Origin: Cenococcum geophilum
Taxonomy: Eukaryota
DNA length: 64,000 nt
NCBI GenBank assembly: GCA_050273025.1
Contig: CP158635.1
Span: forward strand, 22,568,001-22,632,000
Reading direction: 5' to 3'
Shown here: positions 23,001-37,408 of the stretch, piece by piece
Numbering within the stretch: the stretch's first letter is position 1
Layout of the letters: each line of letters begins with the position of its first letter
The notes under the pieces: model-generated
Seen by the model: the letters and a program-made list of their open reading frames with translations, nothing else
What the model was told of the DNA's origin: nothing
The model's database searches: none
Translations under genes and position numbers: made by a program

Positions 23001-26000
23001 GTACTCTAAGTTATTAACTTCTTAACCTCCTTCTAAGCCGCACATTTCTTAAAGAATATATTAGCTAGAAACGTATAGGATACCCTTTAATTATACTAGA
23101 TTAATATCTACCTAAGACCCCCTAATTAAATCGTCCATAATATAGGAAAGAACTTCTTATCTATAGAGTTTTAATAATAGATAAAGGCAATAGCAATTAA
23201 GGTTAAGGAAGTCCTTATTAAGGCATATAATAGTGTTAGAAAAGTAGAGCGGTATTATACGCTATTACGCCGCATATATAAGATTATCTCTTTAAAACTA
23301 GAGGACGCTAGCGAAAAACTTACCTTATAAATAGCTGTTAAAGCTATTAATAATTCCGCTAGCCTAAATAGACTTATACCTATATTACTAGTCTTTAGCG
23401 CCTACCCTTAAATAACTAATAATTCTCTACTATCTCCCTCTATTATATAATAAGCTAAGGCTATTCACAAGGCAACGAAGGAGGTGTGACGTCTCTACGC
23501 TACACGCTAGGTCAACAACGCACTAGGAATAAGAAATAGCCTAAATACCTTAACTACGCTTAATCTACCACTTTAGTCTAAAGTACGCGTATAGCGTAAA
23601 AAGGGAAAATAGTCAGGCCTATATTAACTTATTATAATTAATAGTTAAACTTATACTATTTAGATGCCTTATAGACCCACTTAATTCCATTTAACTGTTA
23701 TTAAGCCTTACTATAAAGATAACATTTTTAAGCCTTTATAGGACGCCCTAAAAGATACCCTAAAGGAGAACTATAATCAACATGCTCTAGAAGGCGACTA
23801 TAATTCTAATATAATTATAGTAGATATACCGCAACTATAATACGGTAGAGGTCGCCCGAAGGGATTATAAAATCGCTAATATCTTATTAATTTTAAAGAG
23901 CAATTTGTTACTGCTATTAAGAATAGAGTTAAGTTATTAATAGCCTTTATAACAGCCAAAGAGAAGGCTAACTTTAAGCTTATAAAACAGCTCTAAAAGG
24001 AAGGTTGTATTATAACTTTAGGAGCTCCTTTTTAAGCATCTAACAAACAGGAGATTGATAGTCTTATTACAAGAGGAGTCTTTAAATTCAAGAAGTATAA
24101 CCCTACTAAATTCAATAGAGTTCGCATCTTTAAGTTAAGAATAGTTAATAAGATTAAGGGCAAAGCTACTAACGCCCTATTTAAGAAATTAAGGCTTATT
24201 ATCTAAGGCTATAATAACAATAATAAGGAGGTAATTTTTATATAATTTCCCACAATTTAACGAGCTAGTTAGTAAGTTATTATTACGCTAGCTCCCTCCT
24301 TAATAAAGAACGGAATGGCGGTTTATTTATAAGATATTACTTAGGCCTATACCCAATTAGAGACGCACCTTTAGCGCTTAATACTAGCATACCTTCCAGA
24401 GCAAATTCGCCACCAATATCCTAAAGATACAATTATAGTTGTGCTTAAGCCATTATATAGAATTATAGAGGCAGGAATTTATTAGTGGGCTACCTACAGT
24501 AAGCACTATAAAGAGAGGCTCTTAATAACTACTTTTATATTTAATTTATGCTTCCTTATTATAACCACGGAAACCCTATTCGGAATTATTGGCATATAAA
24601 CTAATAATATAATTATCTTAGAAGACAACTAATTCTTAGCTTTTAAAGAAAATAAACTAGTAAAGGCAAATCTTATAGCAAAGCTAAAGGAAAAGCTTAA
24701 TTTAATAATACTATTACTTTTTAATAGATGCATCCTCTCCCTAAATAAGGATTCTATTGCTTTGCGCCAGAAGGGTTAGAGTAAGAAGATTAACGTTATT
24801 AACGTTAATTCTCTAAAGTAAGGATATATGGAGCAACGCGCTTATGGAGCTTATGTTACTTCTATCTATTAACCTAAGGCTTTATTTAATCTCTCTATTA
24901 CCGCTTAATACCAGGAACTAACTAAGGATAACGTTCTTGCCCTAAATAAGCGTCTTTCCTAGTAAATAAACTATCTTAATTAGGGACTACTCTACGTGCC
25001 TATTAATCTTCCTACCGCTAAGCTCTTTATATTTATTAATAGATCGTTTATAAATAATAAAGATTTTAGCTCCCAGCTAAAATATAAGATCATTATTACA
25101 AATAAATCTACTAGAGAGAATAACTTTATAATCTATAGTAATCTTATCTATTAAAGCTTAACCAAGAGTAAGCGTATTACTTAAAGCGTTCTAGTATTAG
25201 AGATATATAGAATAGTTAGCGGAGTTAACATAGCAATTACAATTAGAACTACTCTAAAGATAATTATAGATCGACTCGAACTCCCTATTATCCCTATAAT
25301 CGTATACACCGACTCATATTCCCTCTATAAATATTTAGTTAAGCTTAGTACCACAAAGGAGAAGCGCCTTATAATTAATATTATAGCACTTTAACAGTCC
25401 TACAAGCGTTAAAAACTCTTTAAGATTTAATAGATTAATAGCTAAGATAACCTGGCAAATATGATAATAAAGGCAAACCTAAATAAGGTACTAGAGACAT
25501 TCGTTAATATAAATACTCTGCATATGCGAGTTAAAGGTTAAGTTAAGAGGGAGTAGGAAATATAGCTGGCAGAATATAGCTGGCAGAATTTAGCAGAATA
25601 TTATGGCTTAGCAGAATTTAGCAAAAGTCTATAGCTTAGTAGAATTTAGCAGAAGTCTATAGCTTAGCAGAATTTAGCAGAAGTTTATAGCTTAGCAAAA
25701 TTTAGCAGAAGTTTATAACTTGGTAGAATTTAGTAGAATTCTATAGCGTGGCAGAATATGGCAAATTACGGCAGGTTGCGGCAGATTACGGCAAAGTACG
25801 GCCTTATAACTGGGCCTAATCAGTAGGCGTACGCAAGGTATTATGGGGTGGTTCCATAACGCTACGCAAGTCAAGCGGTATCTATATATATAGATAGCAA
25901 CTATAAAAGAAGAGTTGCTAGTGTCGGGAATGAGGCAAGCGGTCGTTACGTGTTGCCGCGGCACTAGCGTGGCAAGGAGTCTTAGGCTCCTCGTCCTTCC

Positions 26001-26082
26001 TCATTCCTATAAGCATATTAACCAACATCACTGTAACCTACTCGAGTAGTCGTTATTGGTGAGTTACCCTGTGTGACCAATA
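20036..26082 (+). mobile_element. Full-length RIPed Ty1/Copia LTR retrotransposon
   Basis: 161-bp LTRs at 20036-20196 and 25922-26082. TSD TATAG at 20031-20035 and 26083-26087. Domain order gag (zinc knuckle ~21996), PR (PDTGAA), IN, RT (RLII*GY, DIT*AYTQ, KPLY), RH (YTDSYSL...KEKRL). Confidence 0.95.
25560..25790 (+). repeat. Degenerate tandem array of GCAGAATTTA/GCAGAAGTCTATAGCTTA units in the Copia 3' UTR
   Basis: Repeated ~10- and ~28-bp units are visible directly. Confidence 0.75.
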
Positions 26083-26125
26083 TATAGACTATATTTAAAA
26101 GGATTTAAAACAAAACATCTTTATT

Positions 26126-26666
26126 ATAGCTTTATATTCGCAAACCGATTAAATCTAAATATTTCGCGATTAAAAGGACTAAGTTATTTCTTACGAAGAC
26201 TAGCTTCGCAGTATAACTAATGACTTAACTAATTTAATATCCTAATTCCCTTTTCTAATTATTCTTATTAGGAGAAGAGCGAAGGTAAAAGTATTAAAAG
26301 AAGTGTTTCTAGAAAACAATTACTTAAGATAATGGGGGTAAGGTATAGCTGCTTTTAACCTTAACTTATTAATAGCTTATTTAAATAGGCCGCTGCTATT
26401 TACTAATATTAATCTTAAAGATGCCTATATAGAAAATAATTAACTCCTAAGCCATGGTTATAAGATTAGGAGATAAAGGGTAGAGTAGATAGAGGAGGCT
26501 TATAAACTTGGTCTAAAGGATATTGTTAATATGGTACTAGCTAGACTTATATTCCTCTTTACTAACCTTATTTATATTTTTATAAATAACTTTAATAGCA
26601 TTAATAAAGCGATATTATAAGTTATAATATAGGCACAGATGGGCCTAGCGTTAAGTTTAACTTAAC
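26126..26666 (+). pseudogene. Fungal patatin-like phospholipase (PLP) gene, N-terminal part only (RIPed, truncated by an LTR fragment)
   Basis: Frame from 26222: DLTNLIS*FPFLIILIRRRAKVKVLKEVFLENNYLR...NRPLLFTN...VLARLIFLFTNLIYIFINNF...*AQMGLALSL, matching the QYPSL..F.G...K..AL..LFP.NN / P.LFAD / ARLLFLFTDV.CIFADD / W...GSAS.L motifs of fungal PLP N-termini. The catalytic DGGG/GTS part is not present. Confidence 0.7.
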
Positions 26667-26669
26667 TTT

Positions 26670-26957
26670 ACATAATTATAGTTATATTATAAGTTTGGAA
26701 TATAAAAACATAGAATTATAGAAATGTAACGTACTAACATACTTAGTACATTTCTTAGGCGTAATATTATGTATTTAAAGGACTACAGTCCCTACTTAGA
26801 TAGTTCTCTTCTTTATAGTAAATCTTAGAATACAATTAGAGTTAATTCATTAGGCGGCCACTCCACTAGTTACTATTATATTATTAACTTTTTATTTACT
26901 TATATACCTAGCCTATTAATAAGTCTACTGTAGTTCCTACTATAACGCTTTATTATA
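26670..26957 (+). repeat. Partial LTR related to family A, in inverted orientation
   Basis: Reverse complement shares AACTCTAATTGTATTCTAAG, ACTATCTAgGTAGGGACT and GGCTAGGT blocks with the family A LTRs and is closest to 58800-59147. Confidence 0.75.
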
Positions 26958-28054
26958 TTATTATACGTAGTATAATATAATGGATATAAAAATAAAAATA
27001 AAAATAAGTCTATTCTAGTAGCTTCGCTATGTATTAGAATGTATTAAAATATATACTTCCTTCTATTTTCTAAGTATTTAAATTTCGCTAAGTATATTAA
27101 AGGAGTTATATTATATATTAGCGCTAGAAGAGCCTAGATACTTATACTATTCTACTTTCTATTTTAAGGCGCGACTTAGCCCTAGAATAATTTATTTTCT
27201 AAGTTAACTAAAGGTAAGATACTTTATAGCAACTAGGTATAATTTATAGAACGAGTATAATTTAAGGACTAAAAGGAACTTTAATGGACCTTTTTAAAAG
27301 GGTAAGTTTGGCAATTTCTTTAAATATGTCCTTTTTTACTATATCTAAAGCATTCTCCGTTGCGGCTTAAGTTTTATATTTATTAGTTCCTAAGGGTATA
27401 TAGGATTAAGTAGTATTAAGGTCTATAGGGTTATATATAGGACTTTTTAGGTTTAGAGAATATTGTATTTTAGGGCGTTTTAAACATAAGGCGTAGTTAG
27501 CTTTAGAGAATAAGTCTATTTATTATATTAAAGGTCCTTATTAATTTATTAATATATTATAGCAAATTTAGGCAGGTCCTTTAGCAGTTCCCTATCTACT
27601 AGCTAGGCTCTAATCTTATCTAAAATAGCTTATTAAAGAGTAGTAACTCTAGCGGCTTTATTCTAATCCAGTTTGCTAATAAGGCCTAAAAATTCTAAAA
27701 AGAAGCTAGTAAAGTCTCGGTTCCGTTATTATAGGTTTTTAAGTTTAGTAATAGCTGTATATTTACGGCTAGCATTATTATATATTTGTTCTAATAGAGA
27801 GATAAAGATTTTAAAATTAATAAAGGTACTATTATGGAAGAATAGATCTATAGTTCATGCGGCATCCTTGCTTAAACAAGATATTCTATATCTAACCTTA
27901 CTAGCTTTAGTAGGGTATTAGTTATAGTTTAATAAAAGTTTAAAATAGAGCTTAGTTATAAAGAGACGTAGGTTATTTTAGTTTCTATTAAATATTAGAG
28001 GGTTAGGAAGCTTTTTAGATTTTATAATAAGTATTAGATTTATTATAGGTGTAG

Positions 28055-31000
28055 TGTAACGGAACCTTGTAGCAAGAACTACGGTGGGTCCTATTAATGG
28101 GCTAGGTGTGTAGGTATTGCAGGAAGTTAACAACGTAATAATAACTGGTGGAGTGGTTGCCTAACAGATTAACTCTAATTGTATTCTAAGAATTACTATA
28201 AGGAAGGAACTATCTAGGTAGGGATTAAGGGTCCTTAAATATACAACCGTACTCCTATGAAATCCTCCTTGTATGTAATATACGTGTTATACGTGTTGTA
28301 TATAGACGTACACTGCGTACACTGCGTATACTGCGTATAACGTTATATGACCTTGGCTACCATTCCTTGTCACATAGTTCTACTGGTTCCATCCTGGACC
28401 GTACGTGTATTAACTAACTAGCTTCTTCTAACTCCTCTCCTAGTAGTTATAATATTGTACTTAGAGCGTCCGTAACACTATTTCCCTTCTCTTTATCTTC
28501 GTCCTTAAAGATACCTAGCATCTCTAGGTTGTTCACTAGAGGTATAATATCCGTCTAATTAATTTGGTTAATATCGTTACTTATTATACCTAAAGTCTCT
28601 TCTTCTTTATAAGCGCAACGTTGTGCCCGCACTGTTGCTACTATATTGTTGCTTAGTGAAATTATGCTATCTCCGTATTCTCGTTGTGTAAAGGTGGGGT
28701 TAGTATATATTATAATGGCGAGTCCTTTGTCTTAACAACCCTCGTTTTATTTAGAGTGCACTAAAGTAAACGTTTAATTGTCTTGCGATATTCGCTTTAT
28801 TTCCGACGCTAAGTATACGCGTTCTATAACTCTTAATAGTTTTTAAGTTCCCTAAGTAATTTGTTATAGGGTCTCGTATTTAATCTGCTGCTGCGAAGCT
28901 TAAATCTAAGTTGGCCGCGGCGCGCGCTAAACTCCATTATTCTGCTAAGGAGACAGCTCGGGCCCTTGAGGCTTAGCGTTATTCCTTTAAGTCCCAATAG
29001 GTTGCGTTCGCTTAGTTAACCCGTCTTAAAAAGGTTTGTAAGAAGGTCCGTTCTAAGAAGTGGAAACTTGTAGAGTAAGGTCTTTAGGAACTTAGTAATA
29101 AAAGAACGGGTTCTCTTCTAATAGAGAGGGAAATAACTCTAAGTAGTTTGGCAATTATTCCTCTTAGGTCCCCCTTAGGTAGTTCTTTCTTTAGTAACTC
29201 TTTACTACCTAACCTCTTCTCTTCTAATACTCCTATACCTTTCCTATAGCGTTCTTTAAATTTTCTAGTAGTTCCTAGGTAGTCTTATTGTAGCCTGTCT
29301 ACTTTACTTCATACTATATTTTATTGTCTATGTCCTTATGACTAATAATCTTTAAAACTTACTATTTGTCTTCTTCTTGTTCTCTATATATATCTACTTC
29401 GTAAACTAGTGGCTTAATATTCCCGTATGCTGGCTCTAGCATTATAATGTGCTGTATAGGGTAGATCTTTATTTTGGCTGGTAGGTTTAACTTAAATGTA
29501 ACTAATGAAATTTTCTGCGTAATTTTGAAAGGTCCTAGTCTGACATAGTCTAATTTTTTGCTTAGTTGTCGACTCTTGAAATTTTTGTGTAGTAGCTATA
29601 CTTTATCTCCCTCCTTAAGATCTAGTCCCTTAGATCTCTTAGCATCGTAGTACTTTTTCATTCTTTGCTGTACCACCGTAGCTGTTTCCGTAAGGTTTGC
29701 ATGAAGATTTATTAAATTCTCCATTCTTTGCTTAGCTGTGCTACTCGTTTTCTTTGCTTGACGTGGTGATAATGAGGTCTTTAGCTTATACCCATAATTC
29801 GCCTTAAATAGTGACGTACCTATTCCTTCTTGTGGTGTTATATTGTATATAAACTGTGTAACTGGTAATAGCGATACCTAATTATTTTATACATAATTAA
29901 TATAATGCCTTAGATACTACTCTAGTGTCTAATTTAGTCTTTCTATTTAACCGTCTGTCTATAGATAATATGCGGTGGAAGTTACTACTTAAACCCCTTG
30001 CTCTACTAAGAACACTTCCTAAAATGCTGCTACGAATCTTAGATCTCTGTCTGATATAATTTTACTTAGTGCTCTATATCTTACGAACACTTCTTTAACA
30101 TAGATTCTAGCAACATCTTCCGCTAATATTTCTTCTGTGCATGCTATAAAGTATCCCTACTTCGTAAGCTTGTCTACTATTACTAAGATTGTGTTATAAT
30201 CTTATCCGGTAATAGGATCTCTTAATTTTAGCAACTTAATAATAAAGTCCTATAATATAACCTTCTATGGTCTCTCTGGTATTTTAATAGGTTGTAGCCC
30301 TCTATATAGCTTATGCCTTATTAGTTTATTTCTCTAGTAATTTAGATATTTCTTTATAACTTGTCTTGCTAATCCCTAGATTCCGTTAATAATATACTCC
30401 TCTTAAAGTCTTAATACTAAGCCTATAGCTCCGTTGTGTCCTTAAGTTAGTCCTTTATAAAACGTCTTAATAAACTCCTTTGCAATGGATCTTGGCACGT
30501 ATATTGCTTTTTAATTTTTATACTGCTCTAAGTCTAAATCCTCTGTCTATACGTCTTGGATCTTCTATATCTAATTACTCTCTAGTAATTTATAGATCTT
30601 TTCTTTTTATATTGCTGCGATTTTTAGATAATTATACCTAATTAACCTATCTATATCTTTTCGCAATAAAGCCCCTAATGGCTTTTTATTGTTTTATAGT
30701 TTAGCCTTTCTACTTAGAGCATCTGCTCGTGCGTTCTCCGTACCCTTAGTATACTAAATCTTAAAATGGTATTCTATAAGCATCTCTGCCCATCTAACCT
30801 ATCTTTAATTAAGTTTTTTTTTTATTAGGAACCCCGTTAGGTTCTTATAATCCGTCTTGACTATAAATAGTTTCTCTATACCTTATAAGAATGCTCTCTA
30901 TTCTTTAAGTGCTGTAATTATACCTAATAACTCCTTGTTATAGATGTTATAGTTTAGTTCTAGTGGTGTTATCTTTCAACTGTAGTATGCTACTGGATGC

Positions 31001-34000
31001 CATCTATCTGGATGCTTTTGTATAAAGTCTAATGTATTTATTTTTATAACCGTCTCTAATCCTAGTTAATAGATCTTAAGAACTAGCTCCTAGGTAAACA
31101 ACCTTTTGATTTCTTAAAACAGTTCTTATTACTCCTTTCCCTATGCCTATAGTTCTTCTTTCTTTATTATTCGCGTAAATAGCTTAATGTCTTTTAACTA
31201 TTGCGCTATAAACCTTCTGTAGTAATTGTAAAACCCTAGGAATAATCTTAACTGCGTAACGTTCTCTAGTTCTTACTAATTTACTATAGCCTCGATCTTC
31301 TTTAGATCTATGCTAAGTTAGCCTAGTTTAATAATAAATCCTACAAAATCTATCTTCCTTATAAAGAACTCGCATTTCTCAATTGCTACTAGCATCTATT
31401 CTTCTTATAGTCTCTCTAAAACCTATTTAACGTGTTTTCCGTGTTCTTCCTCAGTCATTAAGTAGATGATAATATCGTTAAGGTATACTATAACAAATTC
31501 ATCTAAGTATTCTCTTAATATATTGTTAATTCGCTTCTAGAACGTTACTAGTGCGTTTATAAGCCCGAATTGCATAACTAATGGCTTATATAGTCCTTTC
31601 TTTAACCTAAAGGCTGCCTTCTATTCGTTGCCTTTCTTAATTCTAATCTGATGGTACGCCCATCTTAGATCTATCTTTATAAAGATTTGCGTACTGCCAA
31701 TCCTGTCTTAGATTTCGCTAATTAAGGGTAAAGGATACTTATCCTTCCTGGTAATGCTGTTTAACTATTTATAGTTAATGTATAGTCTAAGTTTTCTATT
31801 TTTCTTTAGGACGAATAGTACTGGATAACCTACTAATAACTGCGATAGTCTAATATATCCCTTTTATAAGTTCTCCTAGATAAACTCTTTAAGTGCTCTA
31901 CCTTCCTCTTCAGTAAGCTTATAGATTGGAAAGAACCTTAGACTTATTCCTAGTTCTAATTCTATCTTATAGTCCCATATTACGTGTTTTAACAGCTTTT
32001 CACTTTCTAGTAACTATAACTTTTTGCTATATTTATGGTATCTTTTTAGTACGTAACTTAATCCTTAATTGGTCTCTTTATATATCGCTCCGACTTAGTA
32101 CTATACCATCTTGGTTTGTTGTTATATTTTACGTTGTCGAGTATCTCTAATATTAACTTAACCTATAATCCAATTAATCTTTAGATTGTATTCCTATAAC
32201 TAAGGCATTCCTAACACTGCCTTATTATTCCCTAATGGTAATATATCGAAAGATATCTTAACTTATCTTCCTTTAATAGTTAGCTAAATAAGTCCTATTT
32301 TAAGATTAATAATGCCTCCTCTATAGGCTATTAGATCTCCTAAAATTATCACTAATAGGTAAAAGTGTTCCTTCTATCTGTATAGTAACCCTATTCTTTT
32401 AACTACTATTAGCGAGATATAGTTCCTTATTACTCCACTATCTATTAATACCTCAAACTGCTAATCTTACCACTTAACTCATAAGTTTAGGTGTTTTCCT
32501 TAAATTCCCTTAAGGGTCTAAGGCTCTACTACTAGTTCCCTCTAGTCCCATAGGCCTCCGCTTTTCCTAACTATTAGCTACTTAATCCTATTTATACTTG
32601 GTCCAACTTAGGCCAATACTTAGTTTGCTTTTTATCTTTAATATACTATAGACAGGTATTTTCTAAACATTCCTACCACTATCGTCCATCTAGGCATTCT
32701 TCCGTAAGGAATCTTCCTGGTTAAAGTATTAAGTCCCCTTATTCTTGAACTTCTACTAGGTGCTAACTATATATGTACTTAGCATTTCAATATTTCGCCT
32801 TATTTATTATCCAATATATCCTTATTAAATACTTCTAATTTTTATCCTTGGGTGCTCTATGCATATTATATACATTATCCATACATGCTATCCACAATAG
32901 TATATAATATGCTAGGTGTTTTGGGTCAACTCTTAGCTTATCTTTATCCTTAAGTTCAAACCTTTCTTATATTAATCTAAGCGTTATGACTTCGTTCGCA
33001 GGTACTAAGATTCGCCTCTCACTTCTTTAGTCCTTTAATTACTCCTTTAGATCCTTTGACATTATAATTAAGGCTCCCTTAATATAAGTCATAGCCTTCT
33101 CTGTAATTGGGTAGTCTTAGATAACTTTTTCGTCCAACCATATATAGAAATCTTCCTATTCGTTATTGTGCCTTTGCCTATACCACTTTTGGTATAGCTG
33201 CTTAAGTATATACGGTCTGTCTGTAAGGAAGTATCTCTTTATTACTGCGTTATAATAACCTTTAGTATATCGTTCCTCGAATCTAATTAGAATTCCTAGG
33301 TCCTCCTCTTATTCTAGTTCAGTAAGCCACTTGGCTCTTAGGGTGCCTACTTTCGGCCTATTAGTAATCCTTCGTACTGGCGCTCTGTCTCTTATACGTC
33401 CCAATATACTAGATCTCTTTTCTAGTTTCTGTTCTTGCCATAAGGTAATTCTTGCTCTAAATTCCTCTATGGTTTCTTTTCTTTTGCGTCTTATAAGTGG
33501 ATCCTTAAAGTCTTTATGCTTCTTAATCTTAGTATTGAATTTTCGATCTTTAGGCTAAACGCTGCGTTCCCCTAGTAAGTCCTCTGGGTCTATATATCTG
33601 TCTCCTAGTCTAACTACTATTTGTATTGCAGATTCTCTAATCTATAAAGAAGCTCCTTACCTCTTACCTATAGGTGTCCTTATTTGCACTCTGAATTCTT
33701 AGTTCCCTAGATTCTTTAATCCTAAGCTTACTTCTAACTTAAGCTTGGCTCCCGCCTTAGTTTAACTAGGCGTCCGTAGTGTTCTTATCTCTTCTTAAAA
33801 GTCTTAAATCTCACTTATCTCGTCTTAAGAGTCTTATGCCGTGGGGAACTCTTGTCCTAAGCTTATTTGTATGTTTCTAAACTAAGCTACTGCCCTACTC
33901 TATCGGTTTTTGTTTGTTGTGGGTCCTTAGGTGTACCTTATCTCGTCTTAAGAATCTTAGTCATCTCTTATTTTGTCTTAAGAATCTTAAGCCTGTGGCC

Positions 34001-36057
34001 TTTTGCCTTTATTAAGTGGTAAGCTAGCACTAGTAGTCGTCTGCTTACTTAATCGTCTTTAGATATTACTCCTTCCGTCTTATAAAGCGATGGATGCTAT
34101 ATCCAACGGTGTTATGATACCCATTACTAAACCTTGCTTTGTGGCGGTCTCAGTCTCTGCTTTTATTGCGTTATTAAGGTTTAGATACTCCTAGTTAGTT
34201 CCTTTACTGTCCTTATTGCTGTTAATTAATAAGTACTCTAACTTCATTATTATTATAGCTAATCTTTGTCCGTACGTTACTATAATATCTTAATCTAGCT
34301 TATAGAGTTGATCTTGTTCTTTGTCTAACTCTCTAGTTCCTTTAAGTCCTCTTAACTCTAGCTCTTGTGGCTAATAGCTTATGCCATACTTAGCGTCTTT
34401 ATAAATTTAGTATGCATTATTGTAATAAAACGCGAAACTTCTAATTGAATATTCTTTTGTTCCTCGTAGTATACTGTTAACCCTCTGTTTGTGTATGTTA
34501 CATACTATTAATCTGGTTCCCTTTACTACGTGGTGACTCTAACCACTTTTATAGTCTCTAGTAAAATGACCCTATTTCCTATAATTTATACAAGCTCTAT
34601 CTTTAAACTATTGCTTTTGTTATAGAGTCCGCTCAAACGTCTTCTGCTACTAAGATCCTTGGTTTAGCCTATGCTCCCTAGTCCTATAATTACTTAATCC
34701 TTAACCTCTGGGTTTCCATAGTTTCTTACTCTATCTCTTGTAGGCTTCTTTAGTATTGCTTAGGTCCATTGGCTCTGCGCTATACTATAGTTTCTAACTT
34801 AGCTTTGTTGTTGCGTACTCTGCGCCTTATATAACTGTAGAACTCTATCCTAACCTTTCTTAGTCTGTTCCCTTTAGAAGATTCTATTATTAATCTTAAT
34901 CGCTTAATCTATTAATTCCCTTAGGGTATCCGTATCTTCTATTAGAATAATTACGTCCTAGACTTTAGCCTTAAGTCCCTGTTTATACTGTGCTATAAGC
35001 GCCTTGTTATTCCACTTAACTTATATTGCTAACGTTTAGAACTACATTATATATTTAATGGCTAAGGTTCGTTGCATAATGTTTTGAAGTTTTCTTTCCG
35101 CTATAGTTGTTACCTCCAGATCTCCGAACATTTGTATGAGTCGCTCCGCAAATTCTCCCTAACTTAAGAACATAAACCGTACCTCTTAGTTTATTTTTGT
35201 TATTCTATTTGCTTATATCTCTATAAGGTAAGGCTTAAACTATTTAAGTGCTCTTCCTAATAAGAATAATCCTGTGTACGCTACTTAATCTATAGGTATT
35301 AGTAGCTTAGCTCCTTTTTGTGAAACCTTAAAGTATATTTGTATAAGGAATCCTTTAAACTTTAATCTTTCTCCTGAGAATCTTTCAATTAATGGTAGCT
35401 TAATCTTTGCTGCTCCTATCCCATTAATCCTATTTTTGAGTATTGCGTTGTTTTCCGTTAGTTGGTCGACTATTTCTTATAATTGTCCTACTGTCACAGG
35501 CTGTTGCGAGTCAGTATCTACTATATTGGTGTCGTTACCTGATCTTAAAGTAGTTGCCGCCGTCGATAGCGTTGTGGTGGCTGCTTTTGGTGGCATGTTG
35601 TTTGACTTCTAAGACTGTAACTAGGTAGTGATTGTATAACGGAACCTTATAGCAAGAACTACGGTAGGTCCTGTTAATGGGCTAGGTGTATAGGTATTGC
35701 AGGAAGTTAATAACGTAATAATAACTGGTGGAGTGGTTACCTAACAGATTAACTCTAATTGTATTCTAAGAATTACTATAAGGAAGGAACTATCTAGGTA
35801 GGGACTGAGGGTCCTTAAATACACAACCGTACTCCTATGAAATCCTCCTTGTACGTGATGTACGTGTTATACGTATTGTACGTAAACGTACACTGCGTAC
35901 ACTGCGTACACTACGTATAACGTCATGTGACCTCGGCTACTATTCCTCGTCACATGGTTCTACCGGTTCCATCCTGGACCGTGCGTGTATTAACCAACTA
36001 GCTTCTTCCGACTCCTCTCCTAGTAGTCGTAACATCGTACTTAAAGCGTCCGTAACA
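28055..36057 (-). mobile_element. Full-length RIPed Ty3/Gypsy chromovirus (family A, copy 2 / subfamily)
   Basis: 423-bp LTRs at 28055-28477 and 35635-36057. TSD TGTAG at 28050-28054 and 36058-36062. Collinear with 11495-19445. Confidence 0.95.
28586..29220 (+). pseudogene. Antisense Zn2Cys6-like ORF in Gypsy family A copy 2
   Basis: (M)PKVSSS...PYSRCVKVGLVY...QPSFYLECTKVNV*LSCDIR; homologous to 12028-12660. Confidence 0.65.
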
Positions 36058-36750
36058 TGTAGGTTAAGCTACTATTACTAGTTTAAGGTTCGCGTTTAAT
36101 AGGTTAGGCTTAAATATAGTTATTTTAATCTTATTTATAGGCGGTGTCAGGGTCTTTAATATAAGTGCTTTTACGTTATAGAGTTCTTCGTAGATTGCTT
36201 CTATTAATTGCTAGTATTAAGCTTCTAGTATAGCTTATTACTAGGCTAAGGTATCTATAAAGGACTATTATATTATAGTTAACTGTTCCTTAACTTAGGC
36301 TATAATACCTACAATTAACGCAGAGGATATAGGTTAGTTTGCCATTTTAATAGTAATTATATTAGCGTAACGTAATATAAGGGTTTAAAGAGGCTTTAGA
36401 GCAGATTTAAAGGAATAAAATATATTCTATCTAAATCTAGAGGTATAGCTCTTATAAAGAACAAAACGTTATATAAAGAAGAGAAAGGAATAATACAAGA
36501 ATCTTATAATTAAATAGTTAGGGGTCTTAGTAGTTAATATATATAGACGTATATATATATATACAGTCTTTAATAGACTTTAGTAGAATCTAGTAGAATT
36601 TAGCAGAATTCGATTAAGCGTCAATTTTATTAAAACATTCGTTTTAGTAGAATTTAGTAGAATTTAATTAAGTTAGTAGAACTTAGTAGAATTTATTTAT
36701 TAAGTGTTTTACTAAGACATTTTTACTATAACTGGGCTAGTCCTATTACA

Positions 36751-37408
36751 CTAAACGCTAAAGATACAGTAAGGAACTAGACCTCTTTTAGTAGAAAGCT
36801 AGGGGTTTACTAAAAGCGTAGGCACTTTAGTAGTAATATAAGGCAGATTTAACCTTTAAAAAAGCCGTTCTTAAAAAGAACTTTAGAAGAGTTAAAGTTA
36901 GGGGCTTTAAGTAATAGGAAAAACTTTTAGGGCCAACCTAATACCTATCTGGCACCTTTATAGAAATACTTTAAAAGGTTAAAAGAAAACTCTAGAGGTA
37001 GATTTTATTAGAAAAACAAATAGGGCGATAACTATGCTAATAATCTATAAAAAAAAGAAAAGCCTTAGTTGCGGACCTCTTCTAGTTATAACTAGGGCAA
37101 AATATAGAAGAAGAGACTCTCTATATTACTATTAAGCTAGAAATAGTACTCCTTATAGGCAAGGTACGTTAGTCCCAAGCACTATATAATAGCGGCGCTA
37201 AAATTAATCTTATATAATATAATTTAATAAAAGAGTATAAACTTATCCTATTATAGGCTTTTTAGATAAGCATTAGATTAAACTATATAGTGCCTATAAA
37301 CTTATAGTGTTAGTAGCCAATATATATAACCGCACTAAGGTAGTTAGCCTATAACCCTTCTAGGCAGCTAACTTTATAGGTTATAACTTTATCCTTAGAT
37401 GCCTTTAG
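36751..37408 (+). mobile_element. Old Gypsy gag/protease relic (continues at ~58389-58795 beyond the nested cluster)
   Basis: SQALYNSGAKINLI (~37172-37213), de-RIPed ALYDSGAEINLI, an aspartic protease motif. Interrupted at TSD CTTAT. Confidence 0.6.

Larger units (their letters stand above)
6280..26666. mobile_element. Putative RIP-inactivated Starship giant-transposon segment (boundaries uncertain; captain not seen)
   Basis: Head-to-head DUF3723 and patatin-like (PLP) pseudogenes, both recognised Starship auxiliary genes, together with RIPed Est1-like and C2H2 genes. No DUF3435 tyrosine recombinase was recognised in the window. Confidence 0.55.
26960..36750 (-). mobile_element. 3'-truncated Gypsy (family B relative): 5' LTR plus gag/PR, interrupted by family A copy 2
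   Basis: 27005-28054 and 36063-36375 are collinear with 55290-56665. The LTR at 36376-36750 resembles 56666-57010. Confidence 0.85.

Noticed and set aside
25560..25790. CRISPR-like appearance of short repeat arrays (also 36580-36700, 49060-49140, 53005-53110)
   Set aside because: No unique spacers, degenerate tandem units, located in LTRs/UTRs of fungal retroelements, and no cas genes.
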